Source: Thermodesulfovibrionales bacterium
GTDB lineage: Bacteria > Nitrospirota > Thermodesulfovibrionia > Thermodesulfovibrionales > SM23-35
Assembly: GCA_963715195.1 (NCBI GenBank)
Contig: CAVQRT010000017.1
Location: forward strand, 1 to 42,842
Reading direction: 5' to 3'
DNA length: 42,842 nt
Within the stretch, counting starts at the first letter, position 1; every line of letters begins with the position of its first letter. Below the pieces are notes generated by a model. The model saw only the letters and a list, made by a program, of their open reading frames with translations. It made no database searches and was not told where the DNA came from. The position numbers were made by a program, and so were the translations under genes. Of this stretch, positions 23,601 through 33,912 are shown in pieces.

Positions 23601-24496
23601 GCATCTTCGGCCCTTATTTCGAAGGCTTTGTAACCGAACTGAATAACAGTATCGATACTGTTATTTCATCCACTTTTGTGGGGGGCGGAAACTACGACAA
23701 TGTCTCGTCGGTCTTAGTTGATCAGAACGGAACTATTTACGTAACAGGATGGACATTTTCGACAGATTTTTCTCTTACCGGGATCCCTGCTGATAAAACA
23801 TTCATTGGTTCAAATGAAGGGTTTGTCATTCAGATGGACTCCCTTTCGCTCACGCCGTCTGCCCCGCTCTCGGTGCCTTCCGGATTTCTTCCTTCAGGAT
23901 CTGCCTGTACCATCTGCTGGGAACCGCCATCGACTTCGGGAACACACTCCAAAAACTTCCCCTTCGCTACACAAATGAATGCAGAGTCATCCCTATACAC
24001 GCTCAAATATTCTGTAAATAACGGCCGTTCCTGGAAATTGATCGCTAAAGATATTTACAAAACATGCTATGCCTGGAAGACCCCTTTCCTGAAAAAAAGC
24101 AAGGGTCAATGCGTTCTGAAAGTCATCGAATACGATGCATCCGGCATAAAAACAGGAGAGACAATGTCATCGCACCCCTTCACGATCGGAATAGTAAGTT
24201 TCCTTTCCCCCCAGAGGACCGACACGTTCGACTCTGGTTCCGTACAGAGCGTGGTATGGAAAACTCATGATACATCCTTGCCTGTAGACAACGTCATTTT
24301 GTCATATAGCACGAACGGGGGAAGAAAATGGAAACACATCTCTACGCTAAACGGGAACCCTGGGAGTTACTCATGGACAGTCCCGCAGACAAAGACTGAA
24401 AAGAACAAATGCAAAATCAGGATTGTGCTGAAAGATGCGGGTGGAAAATCCCTGTGTAAATCCACAAACGATGGCTACTTCACTATACAGCCCTAA
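20675..24496 (+). CDS. Secreted SBBP-repeat beta-propeller protein with an inserted second propeller and two C-terminal Ig-like modules
   Basis: Signal peptide; FIENRGQ...LIIDP N-domain; repeated FLGG.....IALD..GNVYV.G.T.S.DFPG; HISYYD..NGDLKY repeats; two YS.NGGR.W modules at the C-terminus. Confidence 0.85.
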   Translation: MTMNIQLIYGNFLKAAIFFLCLILSSVVPIESISAASPPADSIGTHMKGLSLVLPFIENRGQVEEKDVLFTLTTLSGNVHVKRSGEIIYLFRDKNPSPDQVTVTLRERFLGSAPHDVCGEKPGGTHINYLRGASSPSLIRDIKTYHAVSLGEVYKGIRVSLKAHGQSLEKYFYVAPGADPSDIMIAFDGMDSARLCPGGELEFLSDEGIIQFSRPVAYQEIDGEKKNVEVSYRLTGNTYGFAVGEYDTKKTLIIDPVLASSFLGGRNEDYPTSIALDASGNVFVAGWVYSPDFPGVDSGSADSTYTGFDSGRTEGFIAKLNSDLTTIITATFIGGSYDETFTEIAVDSAGNVYAGGFTGSPDFPGIASDAADQTFEKGEAFVVKLDPSLSTLLAATFLGGSNDESIRDIALDSAANVYVTGYTGSYDFPGITGASADSQFNNPAGEFKGHYEGFVAKLNPDLTSVRSSTFLGGNDDDIPLSLGLNKNAVDGDTGQFTSLALAPDGSLHISYYDADNGYLKYATNSSGSWVSQTVDSRGDVGLWSSIALDAANNVHISYYDTTNGDLKYAQNTSGYWVVETLDDSADDVGLYSSIALNAATIHISYYDATNGDLKYISYDGAAWSAPAALDFADDVGLYSSIALNAATIHISYYDATNGDLKYISYDGAAWSAPAALDFADDVGLYSSIALNAATIHISYYDATNGDLKYISYDGAAWSAPAALDFADDVGLYSSIALNAATIHISYYDATNGDLKYISYDGAAWSAPAALDFADDVGLYSSIALNAATIHISYYDATNGDLKYISYDGIAWSVSIADNSGHAHSYVAGWTKSADFPGIDPVLSLDSTIEDYGTEGFVARMNPDLSGAVLASTFLGGNDEDVPVSLTLDTAGIPYVTGFTYSTQDFPGISGAPSGPNDTFVLKLAQDLASFSDAILLGGSSTDVPSCITVSPSGNVYVSGLTQSNDFPGITSDSADSIFGPYFEGFVTELNNSIDTVISSTFVGGGNYDNVSSVLVDQNGTIYVTGWTFSTDFSLTGIPADKTFIGSNEGFVIQMDSLSLTPSAPLSVPSGFLPSGSACTICWEPPSTSGTHSKNFPFATQMNAESSLYTLKYSVNNGRSWKLIAKDIYKTCYAWKTPFLKKSKGQCVLKVIEYDASGIKTGETMSSHPFTIGIVSFLSPQRTDTFDSGSVQSVVWKTHDTSLPVDNVILSYSTNGGRKWKHISTLNGNPGSYSWTVPQTKTEKNKCKIRIVLKDAGGKSLCKSTNDGYFTIQP
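22427..23111 (+). repeat. Intragenic tandem repeat, 141-bp unit, ~4.8 copies, essentially identical
   Basis: Units start at 22427, 22568, 22709, 22850 and 22991 (GCAGACGAYGTCGGCCTTTACTCC...). Each encodes the 47-aa DDVGLYSSIALNAATIHISYYDATNGDLKYISYDGAAWSAPAALDFA. Confidence 0.97.
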
Positions 24497-24721
24497 TCTT
24501 CCCGAACAAAACACATTTCTCCCGGCAACAGAGGCCATTTGATCCTCCTGCAGTTCAGACCGATTCCCTGCATATCATTTTCCACACCATACCGGACACG
24601 CGACAAATCCTGGTTCGTGTAGTGGGGTCCATCTTTGAGTGTAATCGCACATGGTGAATTACTCACTCATAAAACACCCCCACCAATACTTGACTTTAAA
24701 ACAGGGGCTATCCTACCATTA

Positions 24722-25696
24722 ATGATGCACCTCGACGAGATTTTCACCACATATGAAAAAGACCTTATGGTCGTGGAAGACAGACTTCGCGACCTTTTTC
24801 AAAGTCCGGTGATTACGATCCCACTCATAGGAAAATATATTCTTGGGGGGGGAGGCAAACGCCTAAGGCCTCTTATCGTACTGCTGAGTTCAGAGCTTGC
24901 GGGGTATAAAGGAGACGCACACTTCAGCCTTGCAGGTATCGTGGAATCGATTCATACTGCATCTCTCCTTCACGATGATGTCATTGACGGCGCTGATATC
25001 AGGAGGGGAAAGTCTCCCGCTCATACCCTCTGGGGCAACCAGACAGTAATCCTTGTCGGTGACTTCCTCTATTCGAACGCCCTGCGCCTTGCCGTGTCAC
25101 ACAAGAGCCAGAAAATCATGGAGGCGCTTTCGGAAGCGACCACGCGTATGACCGAGGGAGAAATACTTCAGCTGGCGAAAACAGGCGATCCTGATATTAC
25201 CGAGGATGAGTACATAAAGATTATTTCCGCAAAAACTGCTGTGCTCATGTCCGCTGCATGCAGGATTGGAGCCATCCTTGGTTCATTGCCGAAAAAAAAG
25301 GAGCACGCGCTTGCTGATTTCGGAATGAAGACAGGCATTGCATTCCAGATGGCTGATGATATACTTGATTATATGGCAGATGAACGTGAACTCGGCAAGC
25401 GGCTGGGAAAAGATCTGAAAGAGGGAAAGATCACCCTTCCCCTTATACAGCTCCTCAAATCAGCGGGAAATGACGAAAAGGCCGAGGTCAGGAAAATCGT
25501 AAAAAACAGCCATAAAAAATCCGGACTCACCCGGCTGCTGAAACTTTTCAAAAAATACAGCTCTATTGAGCAGTCGCTGAAAAAGGCAGAGACCCTTATA
25601 CGTGACGCAAAACACGAGCTTTCGGTCTTTTCTGATACACCTTCAAAGGAGTCACTCTTCACTATTGCTGACTATACATTGCGCAGAGGAAAATAG
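24722..25696 (+). CDS. ispB: Polyprenyl diphosphate synthase (IspB-like)
   Basis: GGKRLRP, LHDDVID...RRG, GDFL, ADDILD, GKDLKEGK. Start moved to the ATG at 24722/24725 rather than the upstream TTG. Confidence 0.88.
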   Translation: MMHLDEIFTTYEKDLMVVEDRLRDLFQSPVITIPLIGKYILGGGGKRLRPLIVLLSSELAGYKGDAHFSLAGIVESIHTASLLHDDVIDGADIRRGKSPAHTLWGNQTVILVGDFLYSNALRLAVSHKSQKIMEALSEATTRMTEGEILQLAKTGDPDITEDEYIKIISAKTAVLMSAACRIGAILGSLPKKKEHALADFGMKTGIAFQMADDILDYMADERELGKRLGKDLKEGKITLPLIQLLKSAGNDEKAEVRKIVKNSHKKSGLTRLLKLFKKYSSIEQSLKKAETLIRDAKHELSVFSDTPSKESLFTIADYTLRRGK

Positions 25697-26203
25697 ATGC
25701 ACCCCCTCGCTGAGCTTGCGAAAAAGAGCGTCGAGACGTATGTCCGCGACGGCAGGATCATCGAATTTCCATCAGCGCTTTCCCCGGACATGTCTCAAAA
25801 GGCCGGGGTATTCATATGCATCAAGAAAGACCGTCAGCTCAGGGGCTGCATCGGTACTTTCGTTCCAACCAAGGACTCCATTATGAGCGAGACCATCATG
25901 AATGCAATCTCTGCCGCAACAAACGATCCAAGGTTTCCACCGGTGCAGGAGAACGAGCTTGAGGCACTCGAGTATACAGTCGACGTACTTTCTTCTCCGG
26001 AAAGGGTTCCAGATCAATCCCAGCTCGACCCTAAAAGATACGGGGTTATTGTTTCATCCGGAAAACGGAGAGGGCTCCTCCTCCCTGATCTCGAGGGAGT
26101 GAATACCGTAGAAGAACAGCTCAATATCGCAAAGATGAAAGCCGGGATTCCTCCCGGGGAAGAAACAGAAATTTACCGATTCGAGGTGAAGAGATACCAA
26201 TGA
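25697..26203 (+). CDS. AmmeMemoRadiSam system protein A (AMMECR1 domain)
   Basis: GVFICI...[28 protein letters not shown]. Confidence 0.9.
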   Translation: MHPLAELAKKSVETYVRDGRIIEFPSALSPDMSQKAGVFICIKKDRQLRGCIGTFVPTKDSIMSETIMNAISAATNDPRFPPVQENELEALEYTVDVLSSPERVPDQSQLDPKRYGVIVSSGKRRGLLLPDLEGVNTVEEQLNIAKMKAGIPPGEETEIYRFEVKRYQ

Positions 26204-27630
26204 ATGAGATTCCGCTGAAAGGAAATATTCAGGAGGTGAAGCTTCCTCACCTTCTGGCCTCTCTGAACAGACAGAGGAAAACCGGGACCCTTATGATCAC
26301 CACCCCGGTCTTTACCAAAAAGGTGTTCCTGGTAAAAGGTGACGCCATCTTCGCTTCATCTTCATTTGAAGATGACAGGCTCGGGGAGATGCTCATCAAG
26401 GCCGGCAAAATAACGATGGAACAGTATGATAAATCAGTCGAAATGCTGAAGAAAACCGGCAAGCGCCAGGGTGCAATCCTGGTCGAACTCGGATATCTCA
26501 CCCCAAAAGACCTTTTCTGGGGAGTCAAATACCAGGTAAGGGAAATTATCTACAGCCTTTTTCAGCTCGAGCAGGCGGAATTTGAATTCATTGAGGACGA
26601 AATCCCCGAACATGAGGTCATCACCCTGAAAATGAGCATGGGGAACCTTATTTACGAAGGGGTGAAAAGAATAGACAACTGGACCAGGATCAAGCAGGAG
26701 ATGACGGATTCAGAGGCGGTACTGAAACTGAGTCATGACCCGGTTGCCATCTTCCAGGACATCGAACTCTCACCACAGGACAGGCAGATGCTTTCTTTTG
26801 TGGACGGGAAGATGACGACGAAGCAGCTTATTGACAGCTCTCTTGTGGGTTCGTTCGAGGCGATGAAGATTCTGTATGTCCTTCTGTCGATCGGGGTGCT
26901 TGAGGTGAAAGCACAGGAAACAACTGATACACGCGGCACGATGAGTCACGAAGAAGTGCTTCAGCCCCTTGCAGAAGAAGACGGCCTTTCCGGTGATCGA
27001 GTCGACCGTCTTTATTACAGCATTGGCAGCCTGGGCGACCGCGACCTGCTTGAAGTCGGCAAGGATGACGACACAGACGTCATCACAAAAAACTACTACC
27101 GGCTCTCGAGAGAATTTCACCCGGACAGGTACTTCTCATCAGACGACCCGATGATGAAAGACAAGCTCACCGCAATCTTCGATGCCATTACCGCTGCATA
27201 CAACAGGTTGCTGCAACCTGAAAAAGATGAGCGGCCGCAGGCTCCTGTGCAGGAAGCACCAAAGACAGCCTCTCCTTCGCAGGACGCTGAGCAGATCTTC
27301 AGAAATGCGGTTGACGAATTCAAGGGTAAGCGTTTTGAGCGTGCAATCGAACTTCTCAGGCAGGCGGTACGTTCTGACCCGAAAAAGGCAAAATACTGGA
27401 GTTCTCTTGCACTCTCCTACACAAAAGTACCGGACGGTCTGAAAAACGCCGAAGAAGCATTGCAGGAAGCAATAAAAATCGAACCGGCCAATGCTGACCA
27501 CTATGTGAATCTTGGGACAGTGTCACTGCTGTCTGGAAGGAAGAATGAGGCGTACAGTTATTATGAAAAGGCCCTTGCCCTCGACCCCGGAAACATAAAG
27601 GCAAAAAAGGGTCTTCAGAAGTCAGGCTGA
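26200..27630 (+). CDS. DUF4388 + J-domain + TPR protein
   Basis: LKGNI...LPHLL...KTGTL and [10 protein letters not shown] at the N-terminus, [13 protein letters not shown] (HPD), three TPR-like repeats. Confidence 0.85.
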   Translation: MNEIPLKGNIQEVKLPHLLASLNRQRKTGTLMITTPVFTKKVFLVKGDAIFASSSFEDDRLGEMLIKAGKITMEQYDKSVEMLKKTGKRQGAILVELGYLTPKDLFWGVKYQVREIIYSLFQLEQAEFEFIEDEIPEHEVITLKMSMGNLIYEGVKRIDNWTRIKQEMTDSEAVLKLSHDPVAIFQDIELSPQDRQMLSFVDGKMTTKQLIDSSLVGSFEAMKILYVLLSIGVLEVKAQETTDTRGTMSHEEVLQPLAEEDGLSGDRVDRLYYSIGSLGDRDLLEVGKDDDTDVITKNYYRLSREFHPDRYFSSDDPMMKDKLTAIFDAITAAYNRLLQPEKDERPQAPVQEAPKTASPSQDAEQIFRNAVDEFKGKRFERAIELLRQAVRSDPKKAKYWSSLALSYTKVPDGLKNAEEALQEAIKIEPANADHYVNLGTVSLLSGRKNEAYSYYEKALALDPGNIKAKKGLQKSG

Positions 27631-28110
27631 TCAGCCTTTTCTCCTGTAAATGCCGCTCTTTCCGCCCATTTTTTCTCTGAGTGTTATTTCAGATATGAGC
27701 ATGTCCCTGTCGACGGACTTGCACATGTCATAAATGGTGAGTGCGGCAGCAGATACGGCCACAAGGGCCTCCATTTCTGCCCCTGTCTTTGCGAAGACTT
27801 TTGCCCTTGCCTCGATATCTATACTCTTTTTCTTCATGTTGAGACTGAAGTCCACAGAAAGTGAAGTGAGGGAAAGGGGATGGCACATCGGGATGATCTC
27901 TGCTGTCTTTTTGGCAGCCATCATTCCCGCGGTCCTCGCAACGCAGAATACATCTCCTTTCGGAATCTGCCTGTCGCTGATGAGCTTCAGTGTCTCTGTC
28001 TTCATAAATACCGAGCCGGTCGCCACCGCCTCCCGCTTCGACGATTTCTTTGCCGAGATATCGACCATTTTCGCTTCACCCTTATGAGTGAGGTGTGAAA
28101 GTCTTTTCAT
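27631..28110 (-). CDS. moaC: Cyclic pyranopterin monophosphate synthase
   Basis: KMVDIS.K, AAKKTAEIIPMCHPL, TGAEMEAL, TIYDMCKSVD. Confidence 0.96.
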   Translation of the reverse strand: MKRLSHLTHKGEAKMVDISAKKSSKREAVATGSVFMKTETLKLISDRQIPKGDVFCVARTAGMMAAKKTAEIIPMCHPLSLTSLSVDFSLNMKKKSIDIEARAKVFAKTGAEMEALVAVSAAALTIYDMCKSVDRDMLISEITLREKMGGKSGIYRRKG

Positions 28111-28434
28111 TCGCCCTCCATGCAGCCGAAAGGAGGTTATGCACCATGACGCACATGCCCCCTTGAACCTCCGGATTCATCTCTGTTGATTATAATAAAA
28201 ACCCGTTCATTATGAAAGATCATGCATAAGACGTGCATATCCTCAGTCTCAATCCGCAGGGGCTTCCCGTATCAAATGGCTCCGCTTTCTTTGTTGAAGC
28301 GGCAAGGCACCACGACGGCTGTGGTACAATGAGTAGGAACGGTTACCCCCAGTTACTCGTGTACGCATAGGGGGATAGGACGAAATGGTATCCTGGGAAC
28401 TCTGTGAAAGACTTTCATAAAGGAGGACCATCAG

Positions 28435-30090
28435 ATGCTGGACAAGATAAAGCCTACCGATACGGTTGCATGGAACAAACTGTCACGCCATTACAGAGTA
28501 ATGAAACGCAGACAGATGAGGGACATGTTCAGGAAAGACACCAAAAGATTTTCAAAATTTTTCCTTTCTTTCGAAGATATGACAGTCGATTATTCAAAAA
28601 ATATCCTGTCAGGCGCCACGATGAAACTGCTCATGGAACTCGCCCGTGAGTGCGGTGTCCAGGAGTCAATCGAAAAAATGTTCGCGGGGGAAAAGATCAA
28701 TGAGACTGAGCACCGTGCAGTCCTTCATGTTGCCCTTCGGAACAGTTCCCGCTCTCCCATGTATATCGGCGGCAAAGACGTAATGCCCGAGGTGAACGCT
28801 GTCCTGGCACAGATGAAAAGCTTCTCTGACAGGATCATCAGCGGCGAATGGAAAGGATACACAGGGAAAGAAATTACCGACATCGTCAACATCGGAATCG
28901 GGGGTTCTGACCTCGGTCCCCTCATGGTTACAGAGGCCCTCATGCCATACAGAAAACCTCGTGTTCGTCCTCATTTTGTCTCGAATATTGACGGAACCCA
29001 CATAACGGAGACATTAAAAAATGCTTCGCCTGAGACAACCCTCTTCATGATCGCCTCAAAGACATTCACTACACAGGAGACTATGACGAACGCACATAGT
29101 GCACGGCAGTGGTTCCTCGATTCCGCGCACGACGCGTCATTCATAAAAAAACACTTTGTCGCGATCTCCACAAATACCGGGGAAGTAAAAAGTTTCGGGA
29201 TTGACACAGAAAACATGTTCAGATTCTGGGACTGGGTCGGCGGCAGGTATTCCCTCTGGTCAGCGATCGGCCTGTCCATTGCCTGCACTATCGGTTTCGG
29301 GAATTTCATCGAACTGCTGGAGGGGGCCCATGCAATGGACCAGCATTTCAGGCAGACACCCCTGGAAAAAAATATTCCCGTGATCCTTGCCGTGATCGGC
29401 ATCTGGTACAACAACTTCTTCGGGGCAGAATCTGAAGCGATCCTTCCCTATGATCAGTATATGCACCGGTTCCCCGCATATTTCCAGCAGGGCAATATGG
29501 AAAGTAACGGGAAGTCTGCGGGAAGGGACGGTGAAGGTGTAACTTACAAGACAGGACCTGTCATCTGGGGTGAGCCGGGGACAAACGGCCAGCATGCCTT
29601 CTTTCAGCTCCTTCATCAGGGAACAAGGCTTATCCCCTGTGATTTTATTGCACCCGCGGTCAGCCATAATCCGGTAGGCGACCATCACCGCATACTGCTC
29701 TCAAACTTTTTTGCTCAGACAGAAGCACTCATGAAGGGCAAAACGTATGAGGAAGCTGCCGCCGAACTCAGGGCATCCGGAATGAGCGACGAAAATATCA
29801 GGAGTCTCGCACCTTTCAGAACCTTCCCCGGGAACAGGCCGTCCAACTCCATCCTCATCAGAAAGGTAACTCCGCGGGCCCTCGGGAGCCTCATCGCAAT
29901 GTATGAACACAAGATATTTGTCCAGGGCGTCATCTGGAATATTTTCAGCTTTGATCAGTATGGGGTTGAGCTTGGCAAGCAGCTTGCACAGAGAATACTC
30001 CCTGAGCTCCAGGGCCAAGAGCCTGTATTTTCGCACGATTCCTCGACAAACGGGCTGATGAACATGTACAAGAAACTCAGGCAACGTTGA
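28435..30090 (+). CDS. pgi: Glucose-6-phosphate isomerase
   Basis: [61 protein letters not shown]. Confidence 0.98.
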   Translation: MLDKIKPTDTVAWNKLSRHYRVMKRRQMRDMFRKDTKRFSKFFLSFEDMTVDYSKNILSGATMKLLMELARECGVQESIEKMFAGEKINETEHRAVLHVALRNSSRSPMYIGGKDVMPEVNAVLAQMKSFSDRIISGEWKGYTGKEITDIVNIGIGGSDLGPLMVTEALMPYRKPRVRPHFVSNIDGTHITETLKNASPETTLFMIASKTFTTQETMTNAHSARQWFLDSAHDASFIKKHFVAISTNTGEVKSFGIDTENMFRFWDWVGGRYSLWSAIGLSIACTIGFGNFIELLEGAHAMDQHFRQTPLEKNIPVILAVIGIWYNNFFGAESEAILPYDQYMHRFPAYFQQGNMESNGKSAGRDGEGVTYKTGPVIWGEPGTNGQHAFFQLLHQGTRLIPCDFIAPAVSHNPVGDHHRILLSNFFAQTEALMKGKTYEEAAAELRASGMSDENIRSLAPFRTFPGNRPSNSILIRKVTPRALGSLIAMYEHKIFVQGVIWNIFSFDQYGVELGKQLAQRILPELQGQEPVFSHDSSTNGLMNMYKKLRQR

Positions 30091-30139
30091 CCTTCCTTAC
30101 TTCATCACTCCACAGTTTACTGGGGAGTATCTTAATATT

Positions 30140-30165
30140 TGTCATTCCCGCGAAGGCGTGAATTC
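30140..30165 (+). repeat. Single degenerate REP-like palindrome
   Basis: TGTCATTCCCGCGAAGGCGTGAATTC resembles the widespread GTCATTCCCGCGAAGGCGGGAATCC hairpin repeat. It lies between convergent genes. Confidence 0.55.
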
Positions 30166-30259
30166 CTGTTTTCCAATGATGAATTGCCACTCTTTACGGA
30201 GTTCGTTGATACTTCCAAATATCACGTGGAGGAATTCAAGACGGGTATCAAGAAAAGGG

Positions 30260-31418
30260 TCAGCGTGAAAAGATCTTCTTTAAAAGTTCGGAAGACATGC
30301 TCTTCAGCACGGGGCTCTGATAAAGTTGCCCGTGCGTTGTATCATCGAATGCCCCCTCCCTTGAGAGTGCATCGAAGTATATCGGGAATCTGGCTTTCAA
30401 AGACGATAAACTCGCTTGTTTCACGATTGGGCGATATTTTCTGTGATTGTTCCCCGTTCAAATAGACGTGCCTGCATTTAGAGCTTGTCGCACCTTTCGC
30501 GCCCGCGCTCATTGCAACAGAGACAAGCTTTCTGGTCCTTTCTTCATTACAGATCAGGGTCAGGTTGATCAGGTTCTCTATATACATCTTTTTTCTCCCG
30601 GTACCGGAAAGGAGGGAAAAATCGCTGCGTCTCCAGTTCGTCCCTCCCTTTATTTCGTCAATCACTGCCACGACCTGTTCGATACTTGCGACGTGGCTCT
30701 TCATGCCTATATGGTACTTTGTATTGAGCAGTCCCATCTTCACGGGAGAAAGATACAAAAAGCCCCTCCCCGGCTCATCCAATGAACCCACATCTATCAT
30801 GATGTCCATGAGATGCCCGGCATCGTGCTTGTTCACCACGAAATTTACGATCTCCTTCTCTGCGGGAACGGTAATGCGCCACAGACCCATCTTGTCCCTT
30901 ACCCCGGTACCGATTCCATAAGTGATCGCGGGAATACCAGTCCCCGTATCCAGTGCGACACGTCCTATGGTGTTTCCCTTCCCAAGGTGCACCACACACG
31001 TGATTCCCAACAGGTCTGTCAGAAGCGCCCTGTGCAACACTTCGGGACAGGCTGCCGTGTTTTCAGGGCATGTGTCATGATGTGCGAGGAGTTCTACCAC
31101 CCTGCTGAATATACATCCCCTTCCGGGAACGTCCAGCGAACCCTTCTGTATAAGAAAATCGATCACTGACTGCTCATTTTCCTGGGATATCAGGAAGGAA
31201 ATGATCACGATCTGATCTTCGAACAGTGATTGTTTCTTTGCAAAGAGCCTCATAATACCCGCCTCTTCTCTCAGGAAAATCCTTCTCCCCGGTGAAGTAT
31301 TTATATACATCAGTCCGATTTCCTTCAGCGCATCAATAAGCGGGGCAGAAAGTTCCTTGCCCACCACGACCGTAACGAGCGCAACTTCTTTCCCTGAATC
31401 TCTTTTACCCGTCATCAT
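30260..31418 (-). CDS. Multi-domain PII-like protein (probable frameshift near 30355)
   Basis: Repeated PII-like motifs LDVPGRGCIF, GTGVRDKMGL...AEKEIV, LDEPGRGFLY, AMSAGAKGAT. The called ORF ends at 30342 after a G-run, and an alternative frame continues GAFDDTTHGQLYQSPV to a stop at 30260. Confidence 0.7.
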
Positions 31419-31424
31419 TGCTTC

Positions 31425-33527
31425 CTATCCTGCTTCACCCTGGAATTCCTTGATTCTTCTCTTCATATAGAGACCTACGAGCAGAAAAGTGAGAATGGGA
31501 TATACTGAAGCCATCGCCAGTATGCCAAATCCTTCAATCACATTCACCTGCCCGCTAATTCCGAGGCCCATCGCAAGCACCAGCGGGACAGTGATCGGCC
31601 CCGTGGTTACGCCGGCACTATCCCATCCGATATTCACGAACTGCTCACTCGAAACTTTTGTGAGGTAGAGCAACAAAATATACGGAGGGCCCAGCAACCA
31701 GATGAGCGGGACATCCCAGATTATCTTCACCACGCCACAGGTCATACCGATCCCGACGCCGATTGCGACAGCCTGTATCAGGACTGATTTCTTGAAGGTT
31801 CCAATCGTGACTTCCTCAACTTTGATGCCGAGCGCATTCAGTGCCGGTTCAGCCAGAGTTGCTCCATATCCCATGATAAACGCAAAAAGCAACACCACCA
31901 GGTACCCTCTCACGTTCTGCCTGCCGCCGAAGAGTGGTCCTTTTGTCGGGGTATAAAGGTACTGGTTGTTTGCTCTGTCATACTGCGATCCCTTAAAAGG
32001 TACCTGGACATATTCACCGTCAATATTTGCGATAAAATACTGTTCCTTGATCCCGGTATCGTTTATCGCCGTCTGCACAACATTCTCGTCAAATTTTGTG
32101 AATACATGCATTTCCTGGGGGAGATCGATTTTCGTGAACGATGAGGGCAGCTTGGAACCAACGTGGTTGCCCAATTTTGTCAGTCCGAGCTCGTTTCCAA
32201 TATTAAAGAGTGTCATGCCGACAAGAGCGACACAGATGCCAAGAAATACCTTGTCGGCCTCCGGAAGTTTTTCCCTCAGCATGAAGGTCAGCACAAGCAG
32301 AAGGAACAGGGTGAGCGGAATAATCGCCTGAAAGGCGGATATCCCGTTTCTGACGGTAATATCAGTAAAATTCAGAGTCGCATTCCTGGTGAAATATGTC
32401 CGGAAGGCCGATTTTAACTTTTCAGGATCTTCAAAGACCGCCATTCTCTGCTCTTCTGACCCCCTCTCGAGAACCCATTTCCTGAGTGTATCCGGATCGC
32501 CGGTTCCAAACACTGAAATCCTGAGATTTTCATCATTCTTCATCTGACGGATAAAATTCAGCATCCTTTCCCTGTCTCCTTCAAACATGGCTATCTGGTT
32601 GTGCGTATCAGCCTTTCGGAATGCATACCCTATCATTGCATCCTTGTCGTGAAACAGGGGGAGCACCCTATCCCTTGTCTCCTTGCGAAAGAACTCCTCC
32701 TGGCTCATAGGGGACGGCACCTTGTGAAGCTGAGATGCCCCCAGGATAAGTACTGCGATGACAGGGAAAAGAGACGCCAGGGTCACCACGCCGAATCCCG
32801 CGTTCTCCATTTTTGCTCCGCCGATTATCCTGCAGACGCCGATGCCGAGTGCGAGAACCAGGGGTACCGTGACAGGCCCTGTTGTTACGGCTCCGCAATC
32901 CCATGCGAGTCCTGTCATTGACCTCATGTTCGGATCAAAAAACGCCCAGACGGAAAAACCCAGGAGAATTCCTATGAGCAGATAAAGAAATGGCTTTAAT
33001 GACCATTCATATAAAAAGCGAAGCATCCCGAATATTACCGCGATTCCCACGCCCGCACCGACTCCGTAGACGAGATAATCTGAGTACTTGTTGAGAAGGA
33101 AAAACATGAGCGGCGCATCCCATGCACGAATGAATGATCCTGACGCCTTTAACACGCTGATCGCGGGCTCTGCATACGTGGCCCCGACACCGAGGATAAA
33201 CGAGAAGAGCAGTATTACCGGCAATTTTGATTTTTGGGGAAGTTGCACCCCGATCCTTTCACCGAGAGGCATGATCCCCAGCAGGAGTCCTTCCATAAAA
33301 AAGGCAAGCCCGATGATCACGGTCGATATCCCCAGCGCGATCACCCAGGCTGACTGCATCCTGATATCCAGCACTATTGTCTGGAACAATATCAAATAGA
33401 GCACTATAAGGATCACCGCTTTTATCTGGGCAACCACACGGCTTTTTACGTAAGGGACCAATAACCCGATCTTTTGCTGGAAACTTAATTGTATTTTCTG
33501 AGTTTTGTTCTGTTCTGAACTCAACAC
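31425..33527 (-). CDS. DUF1538 family membrane protein, two DUF1538 units fused
   Basis: Two copies of the AEPA and A.D.G.VTTGP.TVPLVLA.G.G motifs, separated by a soluble insert. Confidence 0.88.
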   Translation of the reverse strand: MLSSEQNKTQKIQLSFQQKIGLLVPYVKSRVVAQIKAVILIVLYLILFQTIVLDIRMQSAWVIALGISTVIIGLAFFMEGLLLGIMPLGERIGVQLPQKSKLPVILLFSFILGVGATYAEPAISVLKASGSFIRAWDAPLMFFLLNKYSDYLVYGVGAGVGIAVIFGMLRFLYEWSLKPFLYLLIGILLGFSVWAFFDPNMRSMTGLAWDCGAVTTGPVTVPLVLALGIGVCRIIGGAKMENAGFGVVTLASLFPVIAVLILGASQLHKVPSPMSQEEFFRKETRDRVLPLFHDKDAMIGYAFRKADTHNQIAMFEGDRERMLNFIRQMKNDENLRISVFGTGDPDTLRKWVLERGSEEQRMAVFEDPEKLKSAFRTYFTRNATLNFTDITVRNGISAFQAIIPLTLFLLLVLTFMLREKLPEADKVFLGICVALVGMTLFNIGNELGLTKLGNHVGSKLPSSFTKIDLPQEMHVFTKFDENVVQTAINDTGIKEQYFIANIDGEYVQVPFKGSQYDRANNQYLYTPTKGPLFGGRQNVRGYLVVLLFAFIMGYGATLAEPALNALGIKVEEVTIGTFKKSVLIQAVAIGVGIGMTCGVVKIIWDVPLIWLLGPPYILLLYLTKVSSEQFVNIGWDSAGVTTGPITVPLVLAMGLGISGQVNVIEGFGILAMASVYPILTFLLVGLYMKRRIKEFQGEAG

Positions 33528-33706
33528 GTCACCCTTTGCGTCATTGACCGTTTATCACACGCTCTGCGCGTTCCTGATCGGGTTTATTTCCGGAGAATTA
33601 ATATCGCCGATATGTTCACGCGAAATATTTTTTCGTGTACATATTATCAGTAATTTAAAAGATTGTCCATCAGGCAGCATATGGTGCGGTTCTGGCAAAG
33701 CTACTT

Positions 33707-33793
33707 TGGTGCCGAAGGCGGGACTCGAACCCGCACGGCCTTGCGACCACTAGACCCTGAACCTAGCGCGTCTGCCAGTTCCGCCACTTCGGC
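33707..33793 (-). tRNA. tRNA-Leu (anticodon CAG)
   Basis: GCCGAAGTGGCGGAACTGGCAGACGCGCTAGGTTCAGGGTCTAGTGGTCGCAAGGCCGTGCGGGTTCGAGTCCCGCCTTCGGCACCA: full cloverleaf, long variable arm, encoded CCA. Confidence 0.97.
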
Positions 33794-33912
33794 ATAGAGA
33801 TTTATTATACGTACCTTATCCAAAAAAATCATTACTTACCGTACTACGCAAAGGCGCACACTGGTTCCTCCGGTATTGAGGAAAGAAGTGACCCTGAAGG
33901 GGAAATAGGTGG

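Noticed and set aside
24635..24721. N-terminal extension of the polyprenyl synthase from the TTG at 24635
   Set aside because: The region contains promoter-like boxes, and family similarity begins at the ATG at 24722/24725.
33707..33793. tRNA-Leu as integration site for the DUF1538/PII genes or the high-GC block
   Set aside because: No duplicated tRNA 3' end or integrase was found, and the GC shift is 3 kb away on the other side.
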